DNA of 64,000 bases from Camelus ferus (Eukaryota). Where the stretch lies: assembly GCF_009834535.1 (NCBI RefSeq), contig NC_045697.1, positions 70,372,001 through 70,436,000 on the forward strand, written 5' to 3'. Within the stretch, counting starts at the first letter, position 1. Every line of letters starts with the position of its first letter. Below the pieces are notes generated by a model. The model made no database searches, was not told the DNA's origin, and saw nothing but the letters and a program-made list of their open reading frames with translations. The translations under genes were made by a program, and so were the position numbers. Of this stretch, positions 1-11,735 are shown piece by piece.

Positions 1-900
1 CACACATGCACGGCCTCCTCCACTGTCAACGTCTTGAACAGGGTGGTTCATTTGTTTTAATCCATGAACCTACACTGACACATTGTAATCATCCAAAGAC
101 TTTTTTCATTAAGGCTTATTCTTGGTGGTGTACATTCTACAGGCTTTGATAAATGTATAATGACACATACCCGCCATTGCAGTATCACGTAGAATAGCTT
201 CACTGTCTTAAGCTGCCTCTGCTTTGTCTATTTACCCCTCTCTCCCCACTAACCCCTAGAAACCACTGATCTCTTTACTGTCTTAATAGTTTTGCCTTTT
301 CCAGAATGTCATATAGTTGGTAATTAGGTTCATTTATTTATTTACTTTTGATGGAAGTACTGGGGATTGAACCCAGGACCTCGTGCTTGCTAAGCACACA
401 CTCTACCATTGAGCTACACCCTCCCCCACAGAATGTCATATAGTTGGAACAGTACAGTATGTAGCCTTTTTAGATTGGCATTTGTCAGTTAGAAATGTAT
501 TTAACTTTCCTTCAAGTCTTTTCATGGCCTGAGAGCTCCTTTGCTTTTAGTGCTGAATAATATTCCATTGTCTGGATGGACCACAATTTCTTTATCCATT
601 CACATACCAAAGGACATCTTGGTTCCTTCCAGGTTGGCTTTTGATTAAAGCTGCTATAAATTTAAAGCTGCTATAAATACGTGTGTGCAGGTTTTTGTGT
701 AGACATAAGTTTTCAACTTATTTAAGTAAATACCGAGGAGCTGAATTGTATAGTAAGAGTGTGTTTAGTTTTTTTTAGGAAACTTCCAATCTATCTTCCA
801 AAGTGGCTGCACCATTTTTGCATTCCCACCTGGAATAAACGAGAGTTCCTGTTGCTTCACATCCTAGCCAGCATTGCTGCTGTCAGTGTTTTGAATTTTT
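1..900 (-). mobile_element. Old L1 3' region (L1MB/L1MC-like), interrupted by a SINE at 321-428
   Basis: Antisense L1 3'UTR/ORF2-end motifs: 'aaaccactgatctctttactgtc...ttttgccttttccagaatgtcatatagttgg', 'tattccattgtctggatg', 'ttccaaagtggctgcaccatttttgcattcccacc'. Runs off the window start. Confidence 0.85.
321..428 (-). mobile_element. tRNA-derived SINE (camelid Vic-1-like), lacking its 3' tail
   Basis: Reverse complement reads gggggagggtgtagctcaatggtagag...gaggtcctgggttcaatccccagtac (Pol III A and B boxes). Perfect 19-bp TSD cagaatgtcatatagttgg at 302-320 and 429-447. Confidence 0.9.
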
Positions 901-904
901 ATGA

Positions 905-984
905 GTTCTCCACAATTTTTAAGTATAATTTTTAAGTATATAAAGAGGATGTGGGACAACAGGTTTGAGAACGACTGCCCTAGA
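905..984. mobile_element. hAT-Charlie MITE terminal fragment
   Basis: 'aggtttgagaacgactgccctag' matches the Charlie/MER5-type terminus followed by a CTAG-containing target site. Confidence 0.45.
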
Positions 985-1599
985 GCATCTCGAGCATCAA
1001 GGTGGCAGGAACCTGAGTCCTAAATTAGTTAATCAAGCAAAGTAGCCTCTGCAGTTCAGAAAAGCCAAGCTTCAGTCTTACTTAATCTATCATATTTTAG
1101 GTCTCTCTGTTACAGATGACTGCACAAGTCCTACTAGAATGGGACTCTTCATGCCTTGGCTTCAGTTGAGGCACAAATATAATAAGTATTGATAGAAAAA
1201 CTGAGTGCGAAGCAAATCTGTAAATGAAGAGTTGAGTAAGAGAAATCTCTGAGAACCAGTTCCCTGACTTAGCAGATCAAGGATATAAAAAGTATTGAGA
1301 GTAGGAGAAGAGAGAGGAGATTGCCAAAGAAATTTATTTAGAGAGAAGTATTTTCATGATCTGAGACTGCATCACCTGCCTTTGAAAGACGATGGCAGGG
1401 ATTTCCCATCCTAACCCAAGCTTAGAAAAACAGGGTGGCTCCTGGAAGGCTTTGGGATGTGTTTGCTTAAGTTGTGAGACGTAGCGGATGGTGCCCGTCC
1501 CCTGTCCGAGAAGCTGCTGCTTTTTTTTTTTTTTTAATTAGGAGTGTACTATTTGTTTCTCTTTGGTTTCTTAACACAAAAGACATGCATTCTATAAAT

Positions 1600-2592
1600 A
1601 AAAGGAATTAAGTTTTCCTGGGAAACAATAAACTGGGGTGGAGGGAGGATCAGAATTCCTACATACTCACATCTCTGTGGCCTTAAGTTAGAGACATGGT
1701 GGATGTGCGTGTCCCTTGTTTGAGAATCTAGAAGGATCTGTGCTCTGGGATTTGATTCTTACCAAGAAGGTGTCGAGGGAGAGATCAGGGCTGATGACTC
1801 ACTGTGATGGTTGCTGCTGCTTTGGGATCGGCCTGCCTCCGAGATACTGTTGGGGCGGGGTGCATGAGTGTCTCCCCAGATGTGGGCTGCACGGGAGCAA
1901 TCCAGTGTGAGTTCTACAGCTGTCCAATAGGCCTCCCAGCGTGGGGACGAGTCCTCAGCAGAAGGAGCCTGGAGGTGCACCTGAGAAAAGATGTGTAGGT
2001 GACCACCTGGAAGAGAAAGGCATCCTTCTGTGTCAAGGGGATGGCAGGAGGGAGGGACCCGATAGGAAAGCACTGAGGAACCCACTAAAGCCCCGCCACC
2101 AGAGAGAGGGGTCACTTCAATCGCCCACCTGGACCAGGGAGTACGAGGCTGGCTTCTGATAAGTTAGTGCCTTCTTTCCCCTTTCCTTCCTCCCTCCCCT
2201 GAACCAGACCGGAGGGCCAGGAGCTGCATAGTTATTGGCTGGGGGAAGCAACACGGACAGATCGAAAAGAAGCAACCACATGCACCCAGCTCATGGCAGA
2301 CTTCCAGCCTGAGCCGGAGCTGCGGAGGGAAGGAAGAACAAGAAGTCACTTTTGGAGTTTTAATTATTATATGAGACTAGACCTTTAACATTTGTCTTGA
2401 GACTTTTTTGTGTGATTTATAGTCATTGTATGTTACTGAAGAGTGAACTGATAAAAGGCCCTGAAGCTGCTATAGTTTTTCTCCTGGGGTGGAGATTGCC
2501 GAACTGAATATATTTTAAAGAAAGGACAGGGAACCGAAAGTAAAGTTGCATTTTAAATATGTCATGCTTCATGTGTGCCTTTTCAACATACC
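1600..2592 (+). mobile_element. Ancient LTR fragment (LTR78/MamGypLTR class, tentative)
   Basis: GA/GC-rich body followed by 'ttttaattattatatgagactagac...aaagtaaagttgcatttt...tgtgccttttcaacatac', resembling the 3' part of old eutherian LTRs. Termini not resolved. Confidence 0.4.
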
Positions 2593-3744
2593 CAATATTA
2601 AAATAATTTGTTTTGCATCTCCATATTTTGATTTTTCAGATTTTCTTGAAGAGGGGACATTTATAACAATAAATAATAGTTAAGAAAATGGCTCAAATGA
2701 TTTGTAGGTTTGTGGGAAAAGTAATTAGTTTAGAAATACTGGTTTTGTATTATCTGACTAGTGGAGAGATGGATTGGTTTTTATATAAAGTCTTATAACA
2801 GTGTTGAACAGATAGTAGAAATTATGTAATTTTTAGCTATGCCAAGAATGATTATTTTGGATGTAAATATCTGATGTAAGCCTATTCACTTCTCCATCCT
2901 TGGGCTTGATGGTTACATCCAACAACTTAAAGGGGAGCAAAGTAGGCAAACAAAAATCCCAGTTTTCCTAACTGCAATAGAGTGTATTTTCTCATTGTCG
3001 TCCCACCTGGGTTTGAAGCATTAGATTATAGAACCTTCGAGACTGTAAATCCTGACTGTATTTCTGAGCGCTGCAGATGTCAATCACTGTTCAGAACACT
3101 CCTCTGGCAATTAGTGGAGCTTCCTTCCCAGTAAATTATCATCTAGTTCCTTTTATATGAAGTATACTTTGGTGGCAGTGACATTATGTAAATTGTAACT
3201 TTATTAACTTAATATATTTTGACTTTGGTGGTACTGCAAATTAGAGAGTGATTTAAATGTTTTTAAAAACTTTATTATGCTGTACTTTTGCTGAGTACTA
3301 AAGCATGCAAAATGCATTTGAAGCACATCGTTGAATAAAAGTGTAGTTATCTCCATTTCATTTATGTTAATTGAACTTTATTTTCTGGAAAACATTTTCA
3401 TATTTTGATTGGATTGTTTAAAAACAAGTTTAGCAAAAATAAAAGGCAGTTAATTTTCTTGGAATATCATTTTTATTTGCAAATTTTATATATAGCAACT
3501 TAAAGCACTCATTAATTCTTGAGTAACTATGTAATAAAACAATCTGAAGAGTTGAAGTTCCAAATCTTAAAAGAAATAGCATTTGCTTTTGGCTTAATTG
3601 ACCCATATTATTTTATAAAATCATCACATACTTACCCATTAATAATCTTTCACTATAAACTGTCCGTAAGGGAAACAAAGTGTTTTTTCTTTACTTTTCT
3701 CTTTTGATAAGCAGGTTCCCAAAGTAGTACAAAATTAGGTTAAG

Positions 3745-3960
3745 TCATTCATCTACTCAATAACAGCTTGTGAAGTACTGATCATGGGCTAAGTGCTTGT
3801 CAAGATACTGGGCTTATTAAAAACAACGACAAACAAACCACTTCCATGGACTTTATGTTCTTGCAGGGTAAATAGATAAAAGCCATCTAAATGAATAAAT
3901 CAATAATATGATTTCTAGAGAGTGGTAGTGCTATGAAGAACATAAAATATGGCAATGGGA
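3745..3960 (-). mobile_element. L2 3' end fragment
   Basis: 'tcattcatctactcaataacagc...gtgcttgtcaagatactggg...ttccatggactttatgttct', the antisense L2 tail pattern. Confidence 0.6.
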
Positions 3961-4059
3961 CAGAAAACAACTCTTCCATCATTAAGACAACTATTTTTCT
4001 TTTATTTCAGTTGGAAAAACTTCTATCTCATATCATTAACAGCTGTCTTGAGGTTCAAT

Positions 4060-4290
4060 AATAATTTGATAACATTCATTGAGTTTGCAATTTGTACAAG
4101 GCACTCTATCAAACAGTTATATGCCGTATATCTCAATTAATCCACAAAACTCCCCACAGAGTGGGTGTTATTAATGTCTGTATTTTCTACACGAAGACTC
4201 TGAAAGCTTAGAAAGATTTATTGTATTCCCTCAGGTTACATGGATTATAAAAGGCATAACTGAGATTCCAGTATAAGTCAACATGACCCT
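4060..4290 (-). mobile_element. MIR SINE (head continues at about 4506-4540 after the MER3 insertion)
   Basis: 'aacattcattgag...aaggcactct...tctcaattaatccacaaaactcc...gaagactctgaaagcttagaaag', antisense MIR core. Confidence 0.7.
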
Positions 4291-4292
4291 AG

Positions 4293-4500
4293 AGTTGGGG
4301 TGTCTAATATGGCAGCCATATTAATTTTAAACACATGTGGCTATTAAATTTAAATTAATTAAAATTTAAAATTCAGTTCCTTAATCACATTAGCCACATT
4401 TCCATTGCCCAGTAGCTAGGGGTTACCATATTGGACTGTACAGATATATAACATAGTTCATAATCTTCCATTACCACAGAAAGTTTGTATTGGAAACACT
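4293..4500. mobile_element. MER3/MER33-type hAT-Charlie MITE inserted in the MIR
   Basis: 'tgtctaatatggcagcca...cacatgtggctattaaatttaaattaattaaaatttaaaattcagttcc...cacattagccacatttc...cagaaagtttgtattggaaacactg'. CTAG-centred flanks on both sides. Confidence 0.8.
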
Positions 4501-5092
4501 GCCTAGTTCCTGGCTGTTAATCACTTGGCTCTATGGCTTCCCTCTCACTAAATGGAGAATTATTTAAGGAAAGTGTCTAAGGTTTTAGATCTTGACTTTC
4601 AGGAGAATAGTAGAAATATTTCTTTAGGGTTTTGCATTGGCATCAAACATTTACTGAATAAATGCCTCTTATGAGATTTTTCTATATACAGCCTTTCCTT
4701 CTCAGGAGGTGGTGCTTTCCTTTCCTTTGGAGAAATCTGAAATTTTGGTTTTACTCTATTTTTTAGATGCCTGCCTTAGGATACTCTAGTGTGACAGGTC
4801 ATGTGCTTCCCCCGCTTTGCCCTCAGTACTACCCAAGGGGCAGCATCACAAAGCACAGTGATACTGCTTTTGCACCGGAGCCCGGGGTGGGTGAAGGGGA
4901 CAACTCATGTCCTCTAACCACCCTCTTCCTGTAGAATTCCTAAAGCACTCCCTGAGATTGGAAATTTCTTTTTTTTTTTTCCTACTCTTGCTAAACTTGG
5001 AGGTTAGTTATTTCATATTTAGATATCAAAATTTGAAGCTAGAAACTCTCTTAAAATCATCACCTCCAATCTCTCTTTTTTTTAAATGTGCC

Positions 5093-5784
5093 TTATTTAT
5101 TTATTTAATTTTATTTTTATATCAGCTTCATTGAGGTTCAATTGATACATAAAATCGTAAGATATTTAAAGTGTACATTGAGGTAGTTTGATAGACACAT
5201 ATACATTGTGAAAGGATTCTCCCATCTAGTTCATTAACAGAACCATCACCTCACATACTTATCTTTTTGTGTGTGTGTGAGACCATTTAAGTTTTATTCT
5301 CTTAGCAAATTTCAAGTACACAATACGGTGTTATCAACAATAGTCAGCATGTTTTACATTAGATCTTCAGGCCTTATTCATCTGATAGCTCAGTTTGTAC
5401 TCTTTTACCAACTTCTCTGTATTTCTCTCAGTACAAACTGATCCCCTCTACCCACTGCCCAACCCTTGACAACCAGTTCTCTACTTTCTGTTTTATGAGT
5501 TTGATTTATTTGTTTTAGAGTCCATGTATAAGTGATACCATGCAATATCTCTTCTTCTCTGTCTGACGTATTTTATTTGGCATAATGCCCTCGAGGCCCA
5601 TTCATGTTATCGCAAATGACAGGATTTCCTTCTTTCTCATGGCTGAGTAGTATTCCATTGTGCTTTTATATACATATACACACACACACCATATGTTTTT
5701 TAGCCATTTATCTGTCGATGGATGCTTAGGTTATTTCTATTTCTGGCTATCGTGAATAATGCTGCAATGGACATGGGAGTGCAG
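5093..5784 (-). mobile_element. 5'-truncated L1 3' end (L1MA8/9-like); the whole insertion appears to span 4970-5784
   Basis: 'cagcttcattgaggttcaattgatacat...accatcacctcacatac...ttagcaaatttcaagtacacaatac...gctgcaatggacatgggagtgcag'. 17-bp TSD with 1 mismatch at 4953-4969 and 5785-5801. Confidence 0.9.
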
Positions 5785-6469
5785 TGAGATTGGGAATTTC
5801 TGTATCAGAGGTGAAGGCAAAGGGAATTATAAAGTAGAAGAGACAGTTTAGCTCAATTGTGCTTTGTCTTGAATCTCAGAAGGCAGCACTCCCTGAACAA
5901 CCCCAGTTGCCAGAGGATGGCTCTCTCACCCTCACAGTGTGGTACTTTATATTTTTTGGTCATTGTTCCATGAAGACTACCCTTTTTAAAACAAACTTCT
6001 CATTCTGAAAATCTGCTACCTACCCCCACACCCCCGCCAGTGCAACACCTCGGGGCAAGCTTACCCTCTGGGGGAAGATGGCAGGTGTGGGCTTGGGGAG
6101 AGGCGGGTTCCAGTTCCCTGTGGGGAGCGGCCCAGCAACGTGAGTTTCCTTCTTAACATCCCCCAGGGAGACTGCAGGCCTGTAGGCTCCTTCACTGGCC
6201 AACCTGTTAAGTCAACAACACATTGGACAAACATTCCAAGGACAAACATTAATTTTCTTCTCAGAGACAGTACAGTCCAAACTGATACTGAGGGAAGAAC
6301 ACTTGTCCATCAGTGAGAACCCTGCCTTGACTGGCCCTGGGAGTCAACAAGTGACAGAGGAATGCAGAATGGTGGCTCTTTGGTCACTCAGAGATGGGGG
6401 CATTCAGCTTTGGGGGCTGTGGCTGTGGACATGGGGAGAGGGTGACTGCTAATTCCTCTGGCCAGGTAA

Positions 6470-6720
6470 AAATGACACGGTACTGCACTCCCAGCCTGAT
6501 GAGAAGTCAGGCAACAACCATCCACACAGAGATGAGCTGTGCATCAGTTAGACAGGAGTGCCCCAGGGGTACAGAAGAGAAGTTCCTGAGCTTCCTTCCT
6601 TCCTGGGGTTGTCAGAGGGGGAGCTTCAGAGAAGTCTTCACTAGGAAGTGACATTTAAGCTCAGCCCTGAAGTAGATGTTTTGGCTGAAAGACTAAGGTG
6701 TGAGTGGGGAGGAAATGGCA
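6470..6720 (-). mobile_element. L2 fragment
   Basis: 'agagaagtcttcactaggaagtgacatttaagctcagccctgaag', a typical antisense L2 segment. Confidence 0.55.
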
Positions 6721-6929
6721 CCAAGTAACGGAGAAACTAGTCTTAGAGAGTTTTCTCAGCTTACAAGATTTTTTTTTTTACTTAGACATGTGTTCACTGG
6801 CTTTGGACATGATGTTAGTAAAGAAATATAAAATTTCACATTTATCACCTACCTTATTCATTGATTGCTTCTTTCTCCTTCCAATTTCCAAAAATATGTA
6901 ACAAATACCCACTCCGAACAAAACTACCC

Positions 6930-7141
6930 AGTCTGTGTACTGGGGTGAAGGCATCACAGATCAGACAGGCTTTGCCGCGTGCTGGCGTGCTGTCTGACCT
7001 TAAGCAAGGCGCCTGGGCTCCCACCTTCTAATCACCACCCGACAGTGTTATTATAAGAATTAAATGGCTTAACACATAGAAAGCACTTTGAAGAGGGCCT
7101 GGCACATAATAAAGACTCTCTGAGGATTAGATTATCATTAT
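6930..7141 (+). mobile_element. MIR SINE, degenerate
   Basis: 'tgaccttaagcaag...gttattataagaattaaatgg...aaagcactttgaagagggcctggcacataataa'. Confidence 0.7.
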
Positions 7142-7678
7142 GACCCAAAAGATCGCACATACTGGGCTAATATGGAAAATAACGACTTGCCTGGAAGATA
7201 GACCATGTGATGAGGGTTGGGAAGAAAGGGCTGGGAGGGCAGGAAGGAAAAAGATTGTGGATCTTCTCAACTGCTAGCCTCAGAAATATGGATTTTTACA
7301 GATTTACAGATATTAGGGAACCATTGAAAGTTTTGAGTGGTTAAGAGGCATGATCAATCTATCCGTATCTTTAGATAAATTCTCACATTAAAATGTCTAC
7401 TGTAATTTTACCAATCTCCCCACAAGTTACTCATTGAAGATACTGTTGATGGAAAGGAATCTCAAAGTGTTTACTTTGGGATTTGAGTAAGTGAATGGGT
7501 TTGTTTATACTCACACTTGGGAAGCTGTTGCTTTTGCAACAAAAGCAGAAGAATCTGTGATGCAGCTTATGTTTGAGAATTTGTCACCTTAAAGCTGTCT
7601 ATTAAGCAGTGTCGAAGATATACCTCCTTGGTCATTGCCTGGAGTTGTGATAAATACTCCATGTGTTTATTTTTAAAA

Positions 7679-7756
7679 ATACACACACACACACACACAC
7701 ATATTATATATATATTCAATGGATATATATAATATATATATATTCAATGGATATTT
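7679..7756. repeat. (AC)n-(AT)n microsatellite with a 22-bp internal duplication
   Basis: About 10 AC units, then tatatatatattcaatggatat at 7705-7726 and 7733-7754. Confidence 0.95.
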
Positions 7757-8060
7757 ATTCTATCTGCATTTTATGCAAAAAATAAATGAGTAGAAAACCA
7801 GTCCTTACTGTTTTGAAGCCCGATAGTCCACTGGGCCATACAGACAAATAAAAGTCACCTTCATAATGCAGCATGACGAATGCTATACAAGAGGAGCTCC
7901 TGCTGGACACTTGGATTTAAGAGATGAAAACACTGAGGTCTGCCGGGTGAGTCAGAATTTTCTAGGCAGAAGGAAGCTGTGGGTTTCAGACAGAGGGAAC
8001 AGAATGTGTGGAGGCCTGGAGGCAACAGAAAGCATGAGGAAGATTTTACCAATATGTATG
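7741..8060 (-). mobile_element. L2 3' fragment
   Basis: 'attcaatggatatttatt...agtccttactgttttgaagc...gacagagggaacagaatgtgtggaggcctggaggc'. Confidence 0.6.
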
Positions 8061-9384
8061 TTTTGGTGGAAATACCATTCACCAATACTAAATTTTCACT
8101 TCTTGTTCCTGAAACTATATGTGAAACAGTGTCACAAAGCCAAGTGAGCTGCATAAAGCTGGCTGCTGTGGGATGCTTATCAATTAGACTCTGATCTGAT
8201 CAACCTTTGGGAGGGGAAAGACACTTTAGAAATAAATCACTGAAAACCTAAGGAGGTAGCTTAGTTCAGAATTTGAAATGCAAGAGAGGAGAGAGGGTAT
8301 CATGGATGGCATATATCAAGATTTGGATGTGGAAGGGAAAGAGCTCAAGCAAAAGGTTTGAGTTGAATCCTCAACCAATTCACGAGTAGAAGATTCTGTG
8401 TACTTATTTTTATATTTATATATACATATACTAATATTTATACATACATACACTGCCAGACACAGTGAATTTCAAACACAGGGTGCTCTAGTGTATTTGG
8501 TTTAATGTTACTAGAATAACCTCCTATTCCCTACTGCTTTATTTGGTTGCCTTTGCCTGCCATATAGTAAACACTCAATAGATATTAGCTACTATTATCA
8601 TTTCATCATTATTAAGAATAATATATCATTCAAAGTAATTTAACAATGGAGTTACCTAGAAGGCTGCAATTGGAAAACACAACAGATATAGTCAACTCTT
8701 GATCCTTTTTCCTTTCTCTCATAACCATTTTATTATTCACGGCTATTTCTATACAAAGGGGATACAGAAAGATGTAACTGAATTCTAGTGACAGATTAGT
8801 GTTGGAAGTTATGCACATTTGATTCCCTGAACCAATTCTACCATGACCTCTAAGCAGGGAGTGTTGGTGAATTGCACACCAGGGGATTTTTCAGTAGAGC
8901 TGAGGACAGGGGGCTGTTCAAGTTAGAGAACTGAAACCGCTGATCTGTATTGTTAGAATTAGATCCAATTGGCTCAAATATTAAAGCAAGGCTGCTACTC
9001 TGATCAGAGAATATTTCAGAAATATATCCAAGAATGAACCAACGTGAAAACATAAAGCTAGCTACACATGCACTTGGGATGGATGAGAGCACACCTGGGC
9101 TTGTTAGAAAGACTGAAAAATAGAAATAAAACCCCCTTCACTCTCCCACCCTAAACTCAGCAGTACAATCACCCTAATCACACTAGCCCTCAAGTAATTC
9201 AAACTTTCCAGATTATGGGGAAGAAAAATTTTGTATTTTATTTTCATTTCGTATATAGCTATCATGTAGGCAGGTGTAATGGAAGAAAAAGTTTGTAATT
9301 AGTCATATATGTTGTATTTAGCATAAATAGATTCTTTTTTTCAAGGACGATGGCACCGTGTTTGGAAAGCAGAAAATGTAAATG

Positions 9385-9680
9385 GCATTAACTCATATTT
9401 ACTGCGCATCTTCTCAGTACTAGGTATGAAGCAAGAGACACGGGACACTGACGATGCGGCAGTGAACAGCAGACAAGCTGACCTACTTTCTAAAGGAGGA
9501 GACGAGCATGAATCAAACAGCCACACATGTAAAGGTCAAAATGTCACGGTGATAAGTGTTACAAATGAGAAGCATGTGCTCCTCTGAGCTCAGGCAGTGG
9601 CACATTTGACCCTGTCTGTGTGGCAGAGCTCAGGGGGTGGGGTGAGCACAGAGCAACGTGAGGCTACGGAGAGGGGAAGA
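9385..9680 (-). mobile_element. L2 3' fragment
   Basis: 'cattaactcatatttactgcgcatcttctcagtactagg...gcagtgaacagcagac...gataagtgttacaaatgagaag'. Confidence 0.65.
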
Positions 9681-9859
9681 GAGCAAAGATAAACCCTGAA
9701 TTTTAAGCTGGTACATGGCTATTTGGGGAAAAGCTCAGCTCTTGTGGCTAAGTTTCGGCCAAGAGGATGTAAGTAGAGATACTAATTGCAATTGCTAAAA
9801 AGTTTCTTTAAAATGAAAAGACATGCTCTTTCCTATTGTGTCCTCCTACTGAAAGAAAT

Positions 9860-10094
9860 TTGGATAAATTAGCCATTTTGAGACATGAACTGCCCTTGGG
9901 ATAGAGATCCTGTGCATAGCAGAGCAACAAGATGGAAGGAAACTAGGTCCTCAACACTTCTGAGCATCATACCAGACTGGGCTTGACTACCTGGATTTCT
10001 TAAAGAGAGAAATAAAAATATCCTTCTCTCTGTGTAAGCCACTATTACTCAGTTTTTTCCTGTCACTCACAGATGTTCTAATTTTAACAGATAA
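9860..10094 (+). mobile_element. MaLR LTR 3' part (MLT1J/K-like)
   Basis: 'gcagagcaacaagatggaaggaaactaggtcc...agagaaataaaaatatcc...gtaagccactattact'. Confidence 0.75.
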
Positions 10095-10615
10095 CTTCAG
10101 GGTTTCAGAAGTCTAGAACTGGCCTAGCTAAATCCATAGGGTTCTTCAGTTTTATTGTACCCTACTGCTGCATTTCTTTGTGAACAGTTAGAGAGGGGAA
10201 AAGATTTCTAGCTAACAGGAAATTCATCTGGTTGCGGGTGGCTTCACTTCAGCACAGCTGTGAAGCAACTGAAACATCTTTCCAGGGTAAGATCCTTAGA
10301 AAACATTTAGTCAAAGTGTGAAAACTGAACCATGATCTGCTGAAGTTAAAAAATATTTCACTTAATCAATGTATGTCTTTCATTTAAGTAAAGCCTCCTT
10401 TCCTGAGAAGAAAACAGGGTATTTTGGTGGAGTGGATGTCAATCAAAGGGGAAACAGAACCCAGGAGACATTCTTTCTCTCAAGTTCCATGCCCTTCACT
10501 TGGTGTAGGTAGATCCTGGGGAACTATGGGCTGTACTTTAAAAGGTAGAAAGCCCCGGAGAAAACATATGCTGCAGAGCATAATTCCACGTTCCCTAGGC
10601 TGTGCCAGCTTGAGA

Positions 10616-10870
10616 CAGTGTTTTTCAGATTTTCTGTAAGCCATGGAACATTTTATTAAGTAAAAGCTTACTTGGAAGTTTTCTATGTATAAAGCTGGCC
10701 CCACACAGCTGTTCTGATTGGTGGGGACGTCAGGGATACAGCGTCTTGTCTGCAACCCCTCCAAACCTCCCTCCACTTGTAGCTCCAAGATGTTTTTTCT
10801 CTTTTCCTCCAAGAGAGGTTTTAGCAGAACACCTGAGGGTGCCAGGGAACAGTGTTTGAAGAACGATTCT
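10616..10870. mobile_element. hAT-Charlie-derived MITE (tentative)
   Basis: Imperfect terminal inverted repeats 'cagtgtttttcaga' and 'gtttgaagaacgatt'; internal 'agaacacctgagggtgccagggaacagtgtttg'. Confidence 0.5.
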
Positions 10871-10989
10871 GAGGAAAAGGGGGCACAGTAACAGTTACAA
10901 AATAGCATTTTTCTGGCTCCACCCTGACTTCCTCTGGAAAAAATCCAGCCTCACTCCAATTCTCCCCATTTGTTTTTTCTGGGCATTTC

Positions 10990-11735
10990 TGAATGTTATG
11001 AGCTAAAATGTCACCTCCTCAAAGAGGTCGTCCTTGATTACCTTTTTTGGTAATGAGTGGCACCCCTCAATTGCTCTTTACCACATCACTATGTTTGGCA
11101 TTTATTTGTGGGGCTTTTTACTCTCAGAGATTTCCTTGTTTTATTCACCGTGTATTATCTCCTTCCTCCTTGTATGATGAGATCTATGAGAGTGGTGTCC
11201 GTTTTGTTTAGTGCTCTACCCCCAGTACCCGGCATGGTGTTTGGCATAGTAAATGTGCTCAGTACATTTTTTTTTTTCAAATGTATTAGTTCCTGGGATT
11301 GCCTTTTAAAGTTACCACACATTGTGTGGCTTAAAACAGCAGAAATCTCTTCTTTCATGGTCCTGGAGGCCACAAGTCTGAAATCAAAGTGTCGGCAGGG
11401 TTGTGTTCCTTCAGAGGGTCAGGGGGAGGGTGCTTCCTTGCCTCTTTCAGCTCGGTTGCTTAACTCCAGTCTCTGCATCTGTCTTCATGTGGCCTTCTCT
11501 CCTCTCTGTGTTTTTCCTCTGTCTCTTATAAGAACACTTGTCGTTGGATTTAGGGCCTACTCGGATAATCCGGGATGATCTCATCTTGACATCTTTAACT
11601 TAATGATATCTGCAAAGACTTTTTCCCAAATAGGGTCACATTCACAGGTTCGGGGGGTTGGACACGGACATGTATTTTTGGGGCCACCGATTAAGCCATT
11701 ACACCCAGCACACTTGAAGGATGCATGAATGAACA
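10990..11735 (+). mobile_element. L2 3' end, split by an MLT1 LTR
   Basis: 'aaatgtcacctcctcaaagagg...ccagtacccggcatggtgtttggcatagtaaatgtgctcagtaca', resuming with 'tgaaggatgcatgaatgaa' after 11703. Confidence 0.75.
11282..11703 (-). mobile_element. MaLR solo LTR (MLT1B/C-like)
   Basis: TG...CA termini; 'tgtattagtt...ggcttaaaacagcagaaat...aagtctgaaatcaaagtgtcggcaggg...ggatttagggcc...tctgcaaagactttttcccaaatagggtcacattcacagg'. Confidence 0.9.

Noticed and set aside
340..428. tRNA gene (also 32455-32530 and 47705-47777)
   Set aside because: A and B boxes are present, but the copies are diverged and followed by SINE body or tail, two with clear TSDs. They are SINE heads, not tRNA genes.
6265..6465. 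Coding exon (ttcttctcag| ... cag|gtaaaa)
   Set aside because: Stops in all three frames, a moderate donor and no other support.
11057..11578. Longest ORF in the track (173 aa)
   Set aside because: Runs across an L2 tail and an antisense MLT1 LTR, with a non-ATG start and no recognisable domain.
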